This document shows, in pieces, positions 54,030 to 63,262 of a DNA stretch of 64,000 bases (its first letter is position 1; each line of letters opens with the position of its first letter). The notes below the pieces were generated by a model. The model saw nothing but the letters and a program-made list of their open reading frames with translations. It had not been told where the DNA came from and searched no databases. The stretch lies in assembly GCA_036278915.1 (NCBI GenBank), contig DASUKB010000004.1:73441-137440 (forward strand). The letters run 5' to 3'. The DNA is from Patescibacteria group bacterium (GTDB lineage: Bacteria; Patescibacteriota; Doudnabacteria; UBA920; O2-02-FULL-48-8). The position numbers and the translations under genes were made by a program.

Positions 54030-56564
54030 ATGAATCATTTTTCTTTCATTTTAGAACGTTTATCCTCACGAGCCAAATCGGCGCTGATTGCTTCGCAAAA
54101 ACTTGCGGAGGAATTGCACCACGACCACATTGGCTCCGAGCACCTTCTGTACGGCATCGTCCAGGAGATTTCGTCGTTTGCCGCGGAAATCTTGCTCAAG
54201 AATAAGATTTCGCCGGAAATGGTGCGAGCCGAAATTGTACGCCTCAATCCCAACGGCACCACGGATAAATGGGAACCGAAACTTTCTAACAACCTCCGCG
54301 AAATTATCGAAAAGAGTGCTATCATTGCCAGCAAATACCAATACCAATTTATCGGAACCGAACATTTCCTTTATGGCATCACCGATATGGATTACAATTC
54401 TGCAAAGATGATCCTAGACAGCCTCAAAGTCCCAACCTCCGAATTGAAGAAGAACTTGCTCTCAATCTTTGAGAACGTCTCGCGCTTCCCCGACCTTTTG
54501 AATTCCGATGATCAGGCCATGGCCGACGAAGGCCAAGCAATCCCTGCGCCAAACCGCAATGCCAAAACTCCGGCGCTGGACTACTTCACTTCCGATCTCT
54601 CCAAAAAAGCATTGAAAGGCAAAATTGATCCAGTCATCGGCCGCAAAGCCGAAATCGAACGGCTGATCTCCATACTCAATCGCCGCACCAAAAATAACCC
54701 AGTGCTCATAGGCGAACCGGGCGTGGGCAAAACTGCCATCGTCGAGGGTCTGGCTTTGGCCATCATCAAACACGAAGTCCCCGACTCTCTGCTCGACAAA
54801 AAAATCATTACGCTCGATATGGCCCTAGTCGTGGCCGGATCCATGTTCCGCGGCGAATTTGAACAGCGGCTCAAACAGGTCATAGACGAAGTCCGCGAAA
54901 ACCCGAATATTATCTTGTTCATAGATGAGCTGCACACGATAGTCGGAGCTGGCGCCACCACCGGCTCCCTAGACGCGGCCAACATCCTCAAACCAGCGCT
55001 GGCCCGCGGCGAAATTCGCGTCATAGGTGCCACCACGCTCTCCGAGTACAAAAAGCACATTGAACACGATGCCGCTCTGGAACGCCGCTTCCAGCCAATT
55101 CTCGTGGAGGAGCCCAGCATCGAAGAATCCATCCAAATCCTCTCCGGCGTGCGTCCCAATTACGAAAAGCATCACAACTTGACTATAACCGACGACGCCA
55201 TCAAGGCCGCCGTGGAACTTTCGAGCCGCTACATTACCGATCGTTTCCTGCCGGATAAAGCTTTGGACCTCATAGATGAAACCGCAGCCTACTCCAAAAC
55301 AATCAATACCAAAACGCGCAACATCCGCGTAGTCAAAAAAATTGAGATGGAACTCAAAAGGCTTGAAGAAGAAAAAACCAAAGCCGTGATGCTGCAGGAC
55401 TTTACCACTGCCTTGCACTTGAAATCCCAGGAAGACAAGCTCAAAAAGCAGAAGACCGAGTACCAAAAGTCATTCGTCAAAAAACCGACAAGCTCCGAAA
55501 TCAATTCTGAGGATATTGCGCGCACGGTTTCCAATATCACCAAAATTCCGCTCAACAAACTCGTTAAAACCGAAGCCCGCAAGCTTGTGAATTTGGAAAA
55601 AATCCTACAGAGCCGCATAGTCGGCCAGGACGAAGCCATCAAAACCATTGCCTCCGCCGTCCGCCGCAGCCGAGCCGGTATTACCTCTCCCAAACGGCCT
55701 ATTGCATCATTTATGTTCTTGGGCCCCACTGGCGTAGGCAAAACCGAAACTGCCAAAGCTTTAGCTTCAGAAGTGTTTGAAGACTCATCCGCGCTCATCC
55801 GCGTCGACATGTCGGAATTTATGGAACGGCACAATGTCGCTCGGCTCATAGGCGCGCCAGCGGGATATGTCGGCTACGAAGAAGGCGGCCGGCTCACCGA
55901 AGAAGTCCGCAAAAAACCTTACGGCGTTATCCTCTTTGATGAAATCGAAAAAGCCCACCCCGACGTGTTCAACGTCCTGCTCCAGATTTTGGAAGAAGGT
56001 GAACTCACCGATGCTTCAGGCAAGCACGTCAACTTCCGTAACACTGTCATTATAATGACCTCCAACATCGGCGTGTTTGATTTCAACCGACAGGCCAATG
56101 CCTACGGCTTTTCCCAGGACAGAAGTGCCGACCTGCTCAACGACGCCCGAAGGCAGGCTGAATCCGAATACGAACGAGTCAAAGAAAAAATCCTGGATTC
56201 ACTGAAAACTACTATGCGGCCGGAACTGCTCAACCGCATTGACAAAATCTTGGTCTTCCATCCATTGTCCGTAGACGAAATCCGGAAAATTGTCGCCCTG
56301 GAACTTGCGTACCTTACGGATCGCGTGCGCAAACAGCAAAACATTGACGTCGTTGTGGATCGTGATGTCATCAAATACATTGCCGCCAAATCCTACGACA
56401 GCTCGCAGGGCGCCCGCCTTATTCGCCGCAAAATTCAGGAACTGGTGGAAGATCAACTAGCAGAAAAAATCATCAACGGAGAGGTGGCAGAAAAATCCAT
56501 GGTCCGCGTAAGCCTGGAAGGCGACACTATTCAAATTAAGCAGGTGGAGAAAGCGCTCGTCTAA
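54030..56564 (+). CDS. clpC: ATP-dependent Clp protease ATPase ClpC
   Basis: Two Clp-N repeats, GEPGVGKT, UVR-like middle domain, GPTGVGKT, GAPAGYVGY. Confidence 0.95.
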   Translation: MNHFSFILERLSSRAKSALIASQKLAEELHHDHIGSEHLLYGIVQEISSFAAEILLKNKISPEMVRAEIVRLNPNGTTDKWEPKLSNNLREIIEKSAIIASKYQYQFIGTEHFLYGITDMDYNSAKMILDSLKVPTSELKKNLLSIFENVSRFPDLLNSDDQAMADEGQAIPAPNRNAKTPALDYFTSDLSKKALKGKIDPVIGRKAEIERLISILNRRTKNNPVLIGEPGVGKTAIVEGLALAIIKHEVPDSLLDKKIITLDMALVVAGSMFRGEFEQRLKQVIDEVRENPNIILFIDELHTIVGAGATTGSLDAANILKPALARGEIRVIGATTLSEYKKHIEHDAALERRFQPILVEEPSIEESIQILSGVRPNYEKHHNLTITDDAIKAAVELSSRYITDRFLPDKALDLIDETAAYSKTINTKTRNIRVVKKIEMELKRLEEEKTKAVMLQDFTTALHLKSQEDKLKKQKTEYQKSFVKKPTSSEINSEDIARTVSNITKIPLNKLVKTEARKLVNLEKILQSRIVGQDEAIKTIASAVRRSRAGITSPKRPIASFMFLGPTGVGKTETAKALASEVFEDSSALIRVDMSEFMERHNVARLIGAPAGYVGYEEGGRLTEEVRKKPYGVILFDEIEKAHPDVFNVLLQILEEGELTDASGKHVNFRNTVIIMTSNIGVFDFNRQANAYGFSQDRSADLLNDARRQAESEYERVKEKILDSLKTTMRPELLNRIDKILVFHPLSVDEIRKIVALELAYLTDRVRKQQNIDVVVDRDVIKYIAAKSYDSSQGARLIRRKIQELVEDQLAEKIINGEVAEKSMVRVSLEGDTIQIKQVEKALV

Positions 56565-56568
56565 ACAA

Positions 56569-57276
56569 ATGGCGTGGCTTACCAACATAAAAACACTAGG
56601 TCTGTCTGCACTAGACCTAGTGTTTCCCATATCTTGCGTCGTGTGCGGTCGCGAAGGCGCGCACATTTGTGAGTCTTGTCTAATCCGCTTGCCGCGTATT
56701 CCTCAGCAGCTCTGCGTCGTGTGTAAAAAAAGCGCGGCGTTCGGCAAGACGCATCCGGACTGCCACACCTGCCACACCGTGGATGGTTTAATTTCCGCCA
56801 TATCCTACACTGACACAAACGCAAAAAAATTGATTGGCGTGTTCAAATATGAATTTATTCACGATTTGGCAGAGCCTTTGGCAAAACTTATAACGGAGAC
56901 GGTTGCCAATTTGCAATTAGGAAATTATTTTTCCAACTTTGCAATTATACCCGTGCCACTTCACCGGCGCCGATACAACTGGCGCGGTTTCAACCAATCT
57001 GAACTCTTGGCGTATGCTTTGGGCGTTGCCCTCAACATACCAGTGGATAAAAACCTAGTCAGTCGGTCCAAAAAGACCAAGCCGCAAACAACACTTAATA
57101 AAGAAGACCGAATCGCAAACATCTCCGCAGCGTTTACCTTAAACGCTGCGGTGCCTGGCAAATACTTGCTGGTGGATGACGTGGTTACAACGGGCGCCAC
57201 GCTCAATGAAATTGCCAAACTTCTGAAAAAAAATGGCGCCCAGGAGGTCTGGGCCGCCACAATCGCTCATGGGTAA
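56569..57276 (+). CDS. comF: ComF family protein
   Basis: Cys-rich N-terminus, PVPLH..R...RGFNQ, LLVDDVVTTGATL. Confidence 0.95.
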   Translation: MAWLTNIKTLGLSALDLVFPISCVVCGREGAHICESCLIRLPRIPQQLCVVCKKSAAFGKTHPDCHTCHTVDGLISAISYTDTNAKKLIGVFKYEFIHDLAEPLAKLITETVANLQLGNYFSNFAIIPVPLHRRRYNWRGFNQSELLAYALGVALNIPVDKNLVSRSKKTKPQTTLNKEDRIANISAAFTLNAAVPGKYLLVDDVVTTGATLNEIAKLLKKNGAQEVWAATIAHG

Positions 57277-57408
57277 ATCAAATTGTTTTAAAAACACTTC
57301 TCAGAAGCGTTTTAAATACACAGAGTCCTGTAAGCGGTTCCGTGCGCTAGAAACACCTGTCCCGCGGTTAGTTCTTTTAATTGGACAAGCCGCTGTCTAG
57401 CGTTCTGT

Positions 57409-57500
57409 TGGCGGAGGGTACAGGATTCGAACCTGTGCGGCGCTTTTTAGACGCCCGTGGATTAGCAATCCACTGCCTTAAGCCGCTCGGCCAACCCTCC
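57409..57500 (-). tRNA. tRNA-Ser(GCT)
   Basis: GTGGA-TTGCTAA-TCCAC anticodon arm, long variable arm, ends GCCA. Confidence 0.96.
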
Positions 57501-57656
57501 ACCAACAAAACACTATTTATGATTCTAAAAGCTTACCTACATTAAACCGCCCAACGAATCTTCCTGACCACAAAACATAGTTAATTCTAACCAATTTCAA
57601 GAGAATTAGTCAATTTAAATTCCAAATGATATCATTTGGGTAACTTTCCTTGACTT

Positions 57657-57684
57657 TGTAACAAAAATTAGCCGTAATCGTCTG
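57657..57684 (+). promoter_or_regulatory. ECF-type promoter, probably autoregulatory
   Basis: TGTAAC-16 nt-CGTCTG ending 5 nt before the sigma ATG. Confidence 0.7.
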
Positions 57685-57689
57685 TATTT

Positions 57690-58232
57690 ATGACTGATGA
57701 AGAGTTAAAATCTATTCTGGAAGCTTGCCAAAAAGGCGACAAAAGCGCATTTGGCCGCATCTACGACTCGTACTCGGTACGGCTGTATCGTTTCATCTAT
57801 ATGCGCGTCGGCCACAAGGAAGTAGCCGAAGACATACTTGCCGAAAGCTTCATTAAGGCCTGGACTAAAATCTCGCAGGTCAACTCTTCCAAAGCCTTTT
57901 CCGCCTGGATTTTCCAGATTGCGAAAAACAACATTATTGACTACTACCGCGTACGCAAATCCACCATTGCCATTGAGGAAGTGGAGCAGGTCCTGGAGGA
58001 CGCGGCAGACCCTATTGATCAGACGGAACTTGATCTGGACCAAAGGCGCATCCTTAAAGCATTGGAGTTTCTGCCGCACGATCACCAACAGGTCATCCGC
58101 TACAAATTTTTTGAAGATCTGACCAATCCCGAAATCGCGCTGATTATGAATAAAACCGAAGGCGCAATCCGCGTGATTCAGCACCGTGCAATCCAAAAAC
58201 TCCAAGAAATCCTTCGTCAAAAACGAATATAA
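57690..58232 (+). CDS. ECF RNA polymerase sigma factor
   Basis: GD..AF..IY, AED...E.F.KAW, F.AW.F.IA.N..IDYYR, EIA.I......IR...HRA. Confidence 0.96.
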   Translation: MTDEELKSILEACQKGDKSAFGRIYDSYSVRLYRFIYMRVGHKEVAEDILAESFIKAWTKISQVNSSKAFSAWIFQIAKNNIIDYYRVRKSTIAIEEVEQVLEDAADPIDQTELDLDQRRILKALEFLPHDHQQVIRYKFFEDLTNPEIALIMNKTEGAIRVIQHRAIQKLQEILRQKRI

Positions 58233-58268
58233 ATATAATCCAATCTATTAACTATCACCTACTATCTT

Positions 58269-59438
58269 ATGATTATGGACCCAGAAAAAATTATAGACGA
58301 AATTTCAAACCGGCTTTCACGCGGCCGCGATATTTCGTTTTGGCAAAATGATCCCAAGCTTGCGCCCATAGTCAGTATTTTGTCCAAACTTTCCGGCATG
58401 CCCAAAACCAAAATCCCGCAAGCTGAATTTGCCCGCGTTAGATCTCAAATAGCCACACGGATTAATTCCCCTTCCGAATCCAAGCTACGCAGAGGATTTT
58501 GGTCCAGGTTCCCTGCGTACGCCAAGTTTACCACAGCGATTGTGGGTAGCGTGCTCATAGTGATAAGCCTTGGCATTGGTACGGCCGTGGCAGCCATGCA
58601 GAGTGTGCCGGGCCAAACAATTTATCCGCTCAAAAAAATAGTGGAAAATGTCCAGCTCAAACTCACCCGAGATCCGGCTGCGCGCGCCAATTTACAAATC
58701 AAGTTTGCCAATAACCGCCTCGATGAGCTATCCACCGTGCTGGCACAAAATCAAGCCGGAGTCATACCCGACGACCGCACTCAAGCAATCGTTTCGCAGA
58801 CTATCTCCGACTTGCAAAAATCCACTGCCGCTGCACTGAATTCCTCAAACGCCGCGCCGTCTGCCTCAAGCGGCCAGGTCACCGCGCTCAACAAACTTGT
58901 AGATCTGTCCAATAAACAAACCGAAGTTCTGACTCCTCTGCTTTCGGCCGCAAGCATAGCCGACGACGGCCAGGTTAAAATTGTTGTACAGCAGGCTCTG
59001 CAGACTTCTCAAATCTCCAAAGAGGAAGCCATCAAAAATATGGAAAACGCCGGCCTGAAGGTCGATGATAATTCAGTAACTATAGACGAAGCACCAGCCA
59101 ATCAAACCAATGCCAACGGTACCATTACCGCACTCACCGACAACTCCGTCAGCATCGGCACCGCGACATTTTTGCTGACAGATGACACAAAATATGTTAA
59201 TATAAAGCGAACGGATTTAAAGCAAGGATTGGCTATTTCAATCACCGGCGAAGTCCAGGCAGACCAAAAAACTTACGCGCTTACAATTACAGCCGTATCC
59301 GCAGACACAAGCTCTGATTCAAATAACGAGGCCAAAGACTCTTCCGGAAGCGATACAGACAAATCAACTTCAAACGACACCAACAAAGACCAGCCCAAAG
59401 ACACACAAAGCACGGACAGCCACACAGACCAACAGTAA
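58269..59438 (+). CDS. Putative anti-sigma factor with TM, DUF5667-like and DUF5666-like domains
   Basis: S.PG..IYPLK...E...L.L...A..RL.E; C-terminal G.I.A.......IG...F.....T OB-like module; directly follows the sigma gene. Confidence 0.8.
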   Translation: MIMDPEKIIDEISNRLSRGRDISFWQNDPKLAPIVSILSKLSGMPKTKIPQAEFARVRSQIATRINSPSESKLRRGFWSRFPAYAKFTTAIVGSVLIVISLGIGTAVAAMQSVPGQTIYPLKKIVENVQLKLTRDPAARANLQIKFANNRLDELSTVLAQNQAGVIPDDRTQAIVSQTISDLQKSTAAALNSSNAAPSASSGQVTALNKLVDLSNKQTEVLTPLLSAASIADDGQVKIVVQQALQTSQISKEEAIKNMENAGLKVDDNSVTIDEAPANQTNANGTITALTDNSVSIGTATFLLTDDTKYVNIKRTDLKQGLAISITGEVQADQKTYALTITAVSADTSSDSNNEAKDSSGSDTDKSTSNDTNKDQPKDTQSTDSHTDQQ

Positions 59439-59604
59439 GCTTACAAAATTTGTTAATTAGATCTGCTCCAAAACCGGAGCGCTAATTAAAGCCTAAATTG
59501 ATAATCATTTCCGTAATACCCGGAAATGGAGGCTAAACAATCATATGCAGAAAAGACCGCAAAGCCAAACAGGTTGCGGCCTTTTCTTTTGGTTCATCTA
59601 CAAA

Positions 59605-59649
59605 TTAGAACTCCTCTCTCCCGTTTGGGGAGAGGGACTGGGGGTGAGG
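59605..59649. repeat. CCCTCTCCC palindromic element, copy 3
   Basis: TTAGAACTCCTCTCTCCCGTTTGGGGAGAGGGACTGGGGGTGAGG. Confidence 0.85.
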
Positions 59650-59706
59650 GTGGTATTTTATTATGAAAAATGCTAGAATGTCTGTAAGAAAAGGTGGTAA
59701 AACCCC

Positions 59707-59796
59707 GGAGAGGTGCGTGAGTGGTTGAAACGGACAGTCTTGAAAACTGTTGAGGATGCAAGTCCTCCGTGGGTTCGAATCCCACCCTCTCCGCCA
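59707..59796 (+). tRNA. tRNA-Ser(TGA)
   Basis: ACAGT-CTTGAAA-ACTGT anticodon arm, long variable arm, ends GCCA. Confidence 0.97.
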
Positions 59797-59812
59797 AAGT
59801 CAAACCAAAAGT

Positions 59813-60277
59813 ATGGAAAATATAAATCTGTCATGGACAGCGCTGGAATTCCAGGAACGTGAAAAAAATAACTGGTGGTACGCGGCATTCTTTATTATTT
59901 CCGCGGCTCTCATCGGGTACTCAGTTTACCTACACGAAACACTGACCGTGATTACTTTTTCCGTGCTGGCTGTAGCCGTATTTATATTTTCTCACCAGCG
60001 GCCACGCCAAATCCAATACTCCCTCACCCCGGTCGGAGTCAATATGGGCAGAACGCAAATGCCTTTCCGCAACATTAAAAAATTCTGGATTATTTACACG
60101 GACCAGAACAAGACTGTAAATTTTGAGACAACAAGCTATCTCAACAGCGTCTTGACTCTGGAATTAGGACGCCAGGATCCGCTGCCTGTGAAAATATTCC
60201 TCAAATCCTACCTGCCTGAAGACTTACAAAAAGAAGAGTCATTTACCGAAGTAATCTCCCGGAAGATTAAATTTTAG
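59813..60277 (+). CDS. Conserved CPR membrane protein (DUF5673-like)
   Basis: W.A.EF....K...WY, two TM helices, P....Y.L...G, ..FWI.Y. Confidence 0.85.
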   Translation: MENINLSWTALEFQEREKNNWWYAAFFIISAALIGYSVYLHETLTVITFSVLAVAVFIFSHQRPRQIQYSLTPVGVNMGRTQMPFRNIKKFWIIYTDQNKTVNFETTSYLNSVLTLELGRQDPLPVKIFLKSYLPEDLQKEESFTEVISRKIKF

Positions 60278-60398
60278 TTTTTAACAAAATCAAATTCATC
60301 TAAGATTCCGCAATAGAATTTGATTTTGAGAGGAGGCACCTGTGGACCGTAGCGTCCCGCATTGCGGGCCGTGAAGTGTCCACCAGCGCCGACGACGC

Positions 60399-60474
60399 GC
60401 GCTCGTAGCTCAGTGGATAGAGCGTTGGTTTGCGGAACCAAAGGTCGGAGGTTCGATCCCTCCCGGGCGCACCA
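60399..60474 (+). tRNA. tRNA-Arg(GCG)
   Basis: GCGCTCG/CGGGCGC acceptor stem, TTGGT-TTGCGGA-ACCAA anticodon arm, ends ACCA. Confidence 0.94.
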
Positions 60475-60584
60475 GAGTATATCATAAGCTTATAATAATG
60501 AATCCCTCAGCGCTCGGCGGAAGCGAAGGCGGACTACAAAAAATTTAATAAGCGGCCAAGGCCGCTTTTTGTTATACTTAACCT

Positions 60585-62624
60585 ATGTTTGAACTTCACA
60601 CTCCAGTTGAAAATTTATACCTGGTCGGCCCGGCCCGCGCCAAACTTCTCAAACACCTCGGAATCAAAACCCTGTCCGATCTGCTGTTCTATTTCCCGCG
60701 GGCACACCACGACCTGTCCAAATTCACCGCGATTGCGGATCTATCTTTTGGCGAATTTGCTAATATCAAAGCCCGCGTTTTAGAAATTAAATCTTTCCGC
60801 ACTCGCGTTCGGCATATTACTCTCACCCAAGCGGTGGTTGAAGACGATACTGGCAGCATCTCCTGCATGTGGTTTAACCAGCCGTATCTCACCCGAGCCA
60901 TACGGGCGCACGAAACGCTAATTTTCTCCGGTAAAGTTGTGCGCAACAAAAATCGCCTTCAACTGCAAAACCCGGTATACGAACAGGAAAAAAGTGAACA
61001 AATCCACACTTCGCGCCTGGTGCCGATTTACGGCCTGACCGCCAGCCTCACCCAAAAAATTCTGCGGTCAATTATCAAAACATATCTGGACAAAACCACA
61101 ATTCCGGAATATCTGCCGACAGAAATTTTGCGCGCAGAAAAATTGCTGGACGAAGACTTGGCTGTCAAAACCTTCCATTTCCCGTCCGACTGGGGCGCGC
61201 TTAAATCCGCCGGTTCGCGCCTGGCGTTTGATGAAATTTTTCTGACCCAAATTCGCGTACTCAAATACAAACGCGCGCGCATGGACGAGCGCGTCCACAA
61301 AATCAGACCCAATGAGAAATTACAAAAAAAAATAAACGGCCTGCCATTCCAACTCACCTCGTCTCAGGCAACAGCACTCAAAGAAGTCCTTTCGGATTTC
61401 CAGAAACCCTACCCTGCCAACAGATTGCTTGAAGGCGATGTCGGATCGGGCAAAACCATAATCGCGGCTCTGGCTATGTTTCTCTGCTCCACAAACGGCC
61501 TCCAGGTAGGATTGCTCTGCCCAACAGAAGTCCTAGCCAATCAACATTATCTGACTTTCCTCAAATTATTTTTAAATGACGGCGTAAATATCGCCCTGCT
61601 CACTGGAAGTCAAACATTGCTAAATGGCAACCCGGTTTCGCGCCAGACGGTCTTGTCGCAAATCCGCAACGGCACGGTGAATATGGTTTTGGGCACACAC
61701 GCCCTGCTTGAAACATCTGTGAATTTCAAAAATCTATCACTTTTGGTAATAGACGAGCAACACCGGTTTGGCGTGCGCCAACGCGGCAAACTCAAAGAGC
61801 TCAACAACACTCATCTTTTGAGTATGAGTGCTACGCCAATCCCAAGGACACTTGCATTGACCCTTTATGGAGATTTGGATATTTCGCGCCTGACCCAGCT
61901 GCCAACAGGCAGGCTGCCAATTACAACAGAACTTGTTAACCCCGACCACCGACCTGCTACATATAACTTTATCCGGCGCGAAATCCAAAACGGCCAACAG
62001 GCATTTGTCATCTGCCCGCTCATCGAAGAATCGGACAAACTCGGGGTCAAATCCGCCACCGCCGAGTTTAAAAAATTATCTGAAGAAATTTTTCCAGACC
62101 TCAAAATCGGTCTTCTCCATGGCCGGCTCAAGTCCTCCGACAAAGAAAAAATTATGCAGCAGTTTCAAGACAACCACATTCAAATTTTGGTTTCAACGTC
62201 CGTGGTCGAAGTCGGTATAGATGTACCCAATGCCACGGTGATGATTATAGAAGGCGCAGAACGGTTTGGGCTGGCGCAGCTGCATCAGTTTCGCGGCCGC
62301 GTCGGACGAAGCGTCTACCAATCTTACTGCTTTTTATTTTCTGATGATCCAAATGCGGGCATAAACCAGAGGCTTTTGGCTGTAGTCCGGTCAAATAACG
62401 GCTTTGAATTGGCGGAAGAAGACCTCAAAATCCGGGGTGCCGGCAACCTCTACGGCACGGAGCAATCTGGCTACAGTTTCAAAATTGCAACGCTGGCCAA
62501 CTTGGATATGGTTGAACGGTCAAAACAATATGCCGAACAATTGCTCGCGGAAGATTCCGAACTCTCAAAATTCCCGCCGTTGCATGAAAAAGTCCTGGAA
62601 CAAGAGAGCATTCATCTGGAATAG
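60585..62624 (+). CDS. recG: ATP-dependent DNA helicase RecG
   Basis: RLLEGDVGSGKT, DEQHRFGV.QR, MSATPIPRTL, AERFGLAQLHQFRGRVGR. Confidence 0.99.
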   Translation: MFELHTPVENLYLVGPARAKLLKHLGIKTLSDLLFYFPRAHHDLSKFTAIADLSFGEFANIKARVLEIKSFRTRVRHITLTQAVVEDDTGSISCMWFNQPYLTRAIRAHETLIFSGKVVRNKNRLQLQNPVYEQEKSEQIHTSRLVPIYGLTASLTQKILRSIIKTYLDKTTIPEYLPTEILRAEKLLDEDLAVKTFHFPSDWGALKSAGSRLAFDEIFLTQIRVLKYKRARMDERVHKIRPNEKLQKKINGLPFQLTSSQATALKEVLSDFQKPYPANRLLEGDVGSGKTIIAALAMFLCSTNGLQVGLLCPTEVLANQHYLTFLKLFLNDGVNIALLTGSQTLLNGNPVSRQTVLSQIRNGTVNMVLGTHALLETSVNFKNLSLLVIDEQHRFGVRQRGKLKELNNTHLLSMSATPIPRTLALTLYGDLDISRLTQLPTGRLPITTELVNPDHRPATYNFIRREIQNGQQAFVICPLIEESDKLGVKSATAEFKKLSEEIFPDLKIGLLHGRLKSSDKEKIMQQFQDNHIQILVSTSVVEVGIDVPNATVMIIEGAERFGLAQLHQFRGRVGRSVYQSYCFLFSDDPNAGINQRLLAVVRSNNGFELAEEDLKIRGAGNLYGTEQSGYSFKIATLANLDMVERSKQYAEQLLAEDSELSKFPPLHEKVLEQESIHLE

Positions 62625-62749
62625 CCCGCGCACTTGACTTGGCGCAAAACTTGTATTAAAATTTGATTTGTGCAAATCACAAGGAGGTATTTGCAAGAAA
62701 TGAGAGCAAAAGGGAAAACCAAACGCCACGTTACCGTCGGAGGAGTCTT

Positions 62750-63034
62750 ATGCATCCCAGAGTCGCCCGTCCACTCCCTCGTCCCATTGACGCTGTGATC
62801 GTCGGCAACATCGACTGTATCTCAAGCGCCAGAGTCCGAACCGGACAAAAAGTCGAGATCATTCAGGTCTACGAGGATACGCTCGCCTACGAAGTGAAAG
62901 CCAATGGCGAACTGTTCCGGCTCGGGACAAAATTCGTCCAGCCATTGGACGAGAACGACAAGGACGTGCTGGAGGGGATGCGCCTGGAGTTCAAAGCGCA
63001 ACTCGAAAGACTCAACGAGACAACTAGCATCTGA
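62750..63034 (+). CDS. Small hypothetical protein, possibly an SH3-like barrel
   Basis: GGAGGAG SD before ATG 62750; beta-rich G..VEII.V......YEV. Confidence 0.65.
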   Translation: MHPRVARPLPRPIDAVIVGNIDCISSARVRTGQKVEIIQVYEDTLAYEVKANGELFRLGTKFVQPLDENDKDVLEGMRLEFKAQLERLNETTSI

Positions 63035-63042
63035 AACTCTAG

Positions 63043-63252
63043 GTGACTACCCGGGGCACAGTCGCAAGACTGAAGTGGGTTAGTTTCCCAGAAGCTCAGA
63101 TACTACAAGTGGTAATCCCGCGCAGCAGACCTGCCCGCTCACTTGGCTTGCTAGCAAAGGATTCCAGAGGGCCGTGCAGTCGCTTCCCAGCTGACTGCAC
63201 GGCCTGCTCCTCTTTACGAAAAGCCGACCCGGCAACCGGATCGGTTTTTTTT
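63043..63252 (+). ncRNA. Candidate structured RNA ending in a terminator
   Basis: CAGTC-GCAA-GACTG, a perfect 12-bp GGCCGTGCAGTC/GACTGCACGGCC stem, and terminator CCGA-CCCGG-CAA-CCGGA-TCGG-T tract. Confidence 0.4.
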
Positions 63253-63262
63253 TATTTTCACA

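Noticed and set aside
62691-62798. Short overlapping ORF with AAGGAGG, suggesting a frameshifted gene
   Set aside because: The main ORF has its own SD at 62739 and no clear slippery site was seen; support is insufficient.
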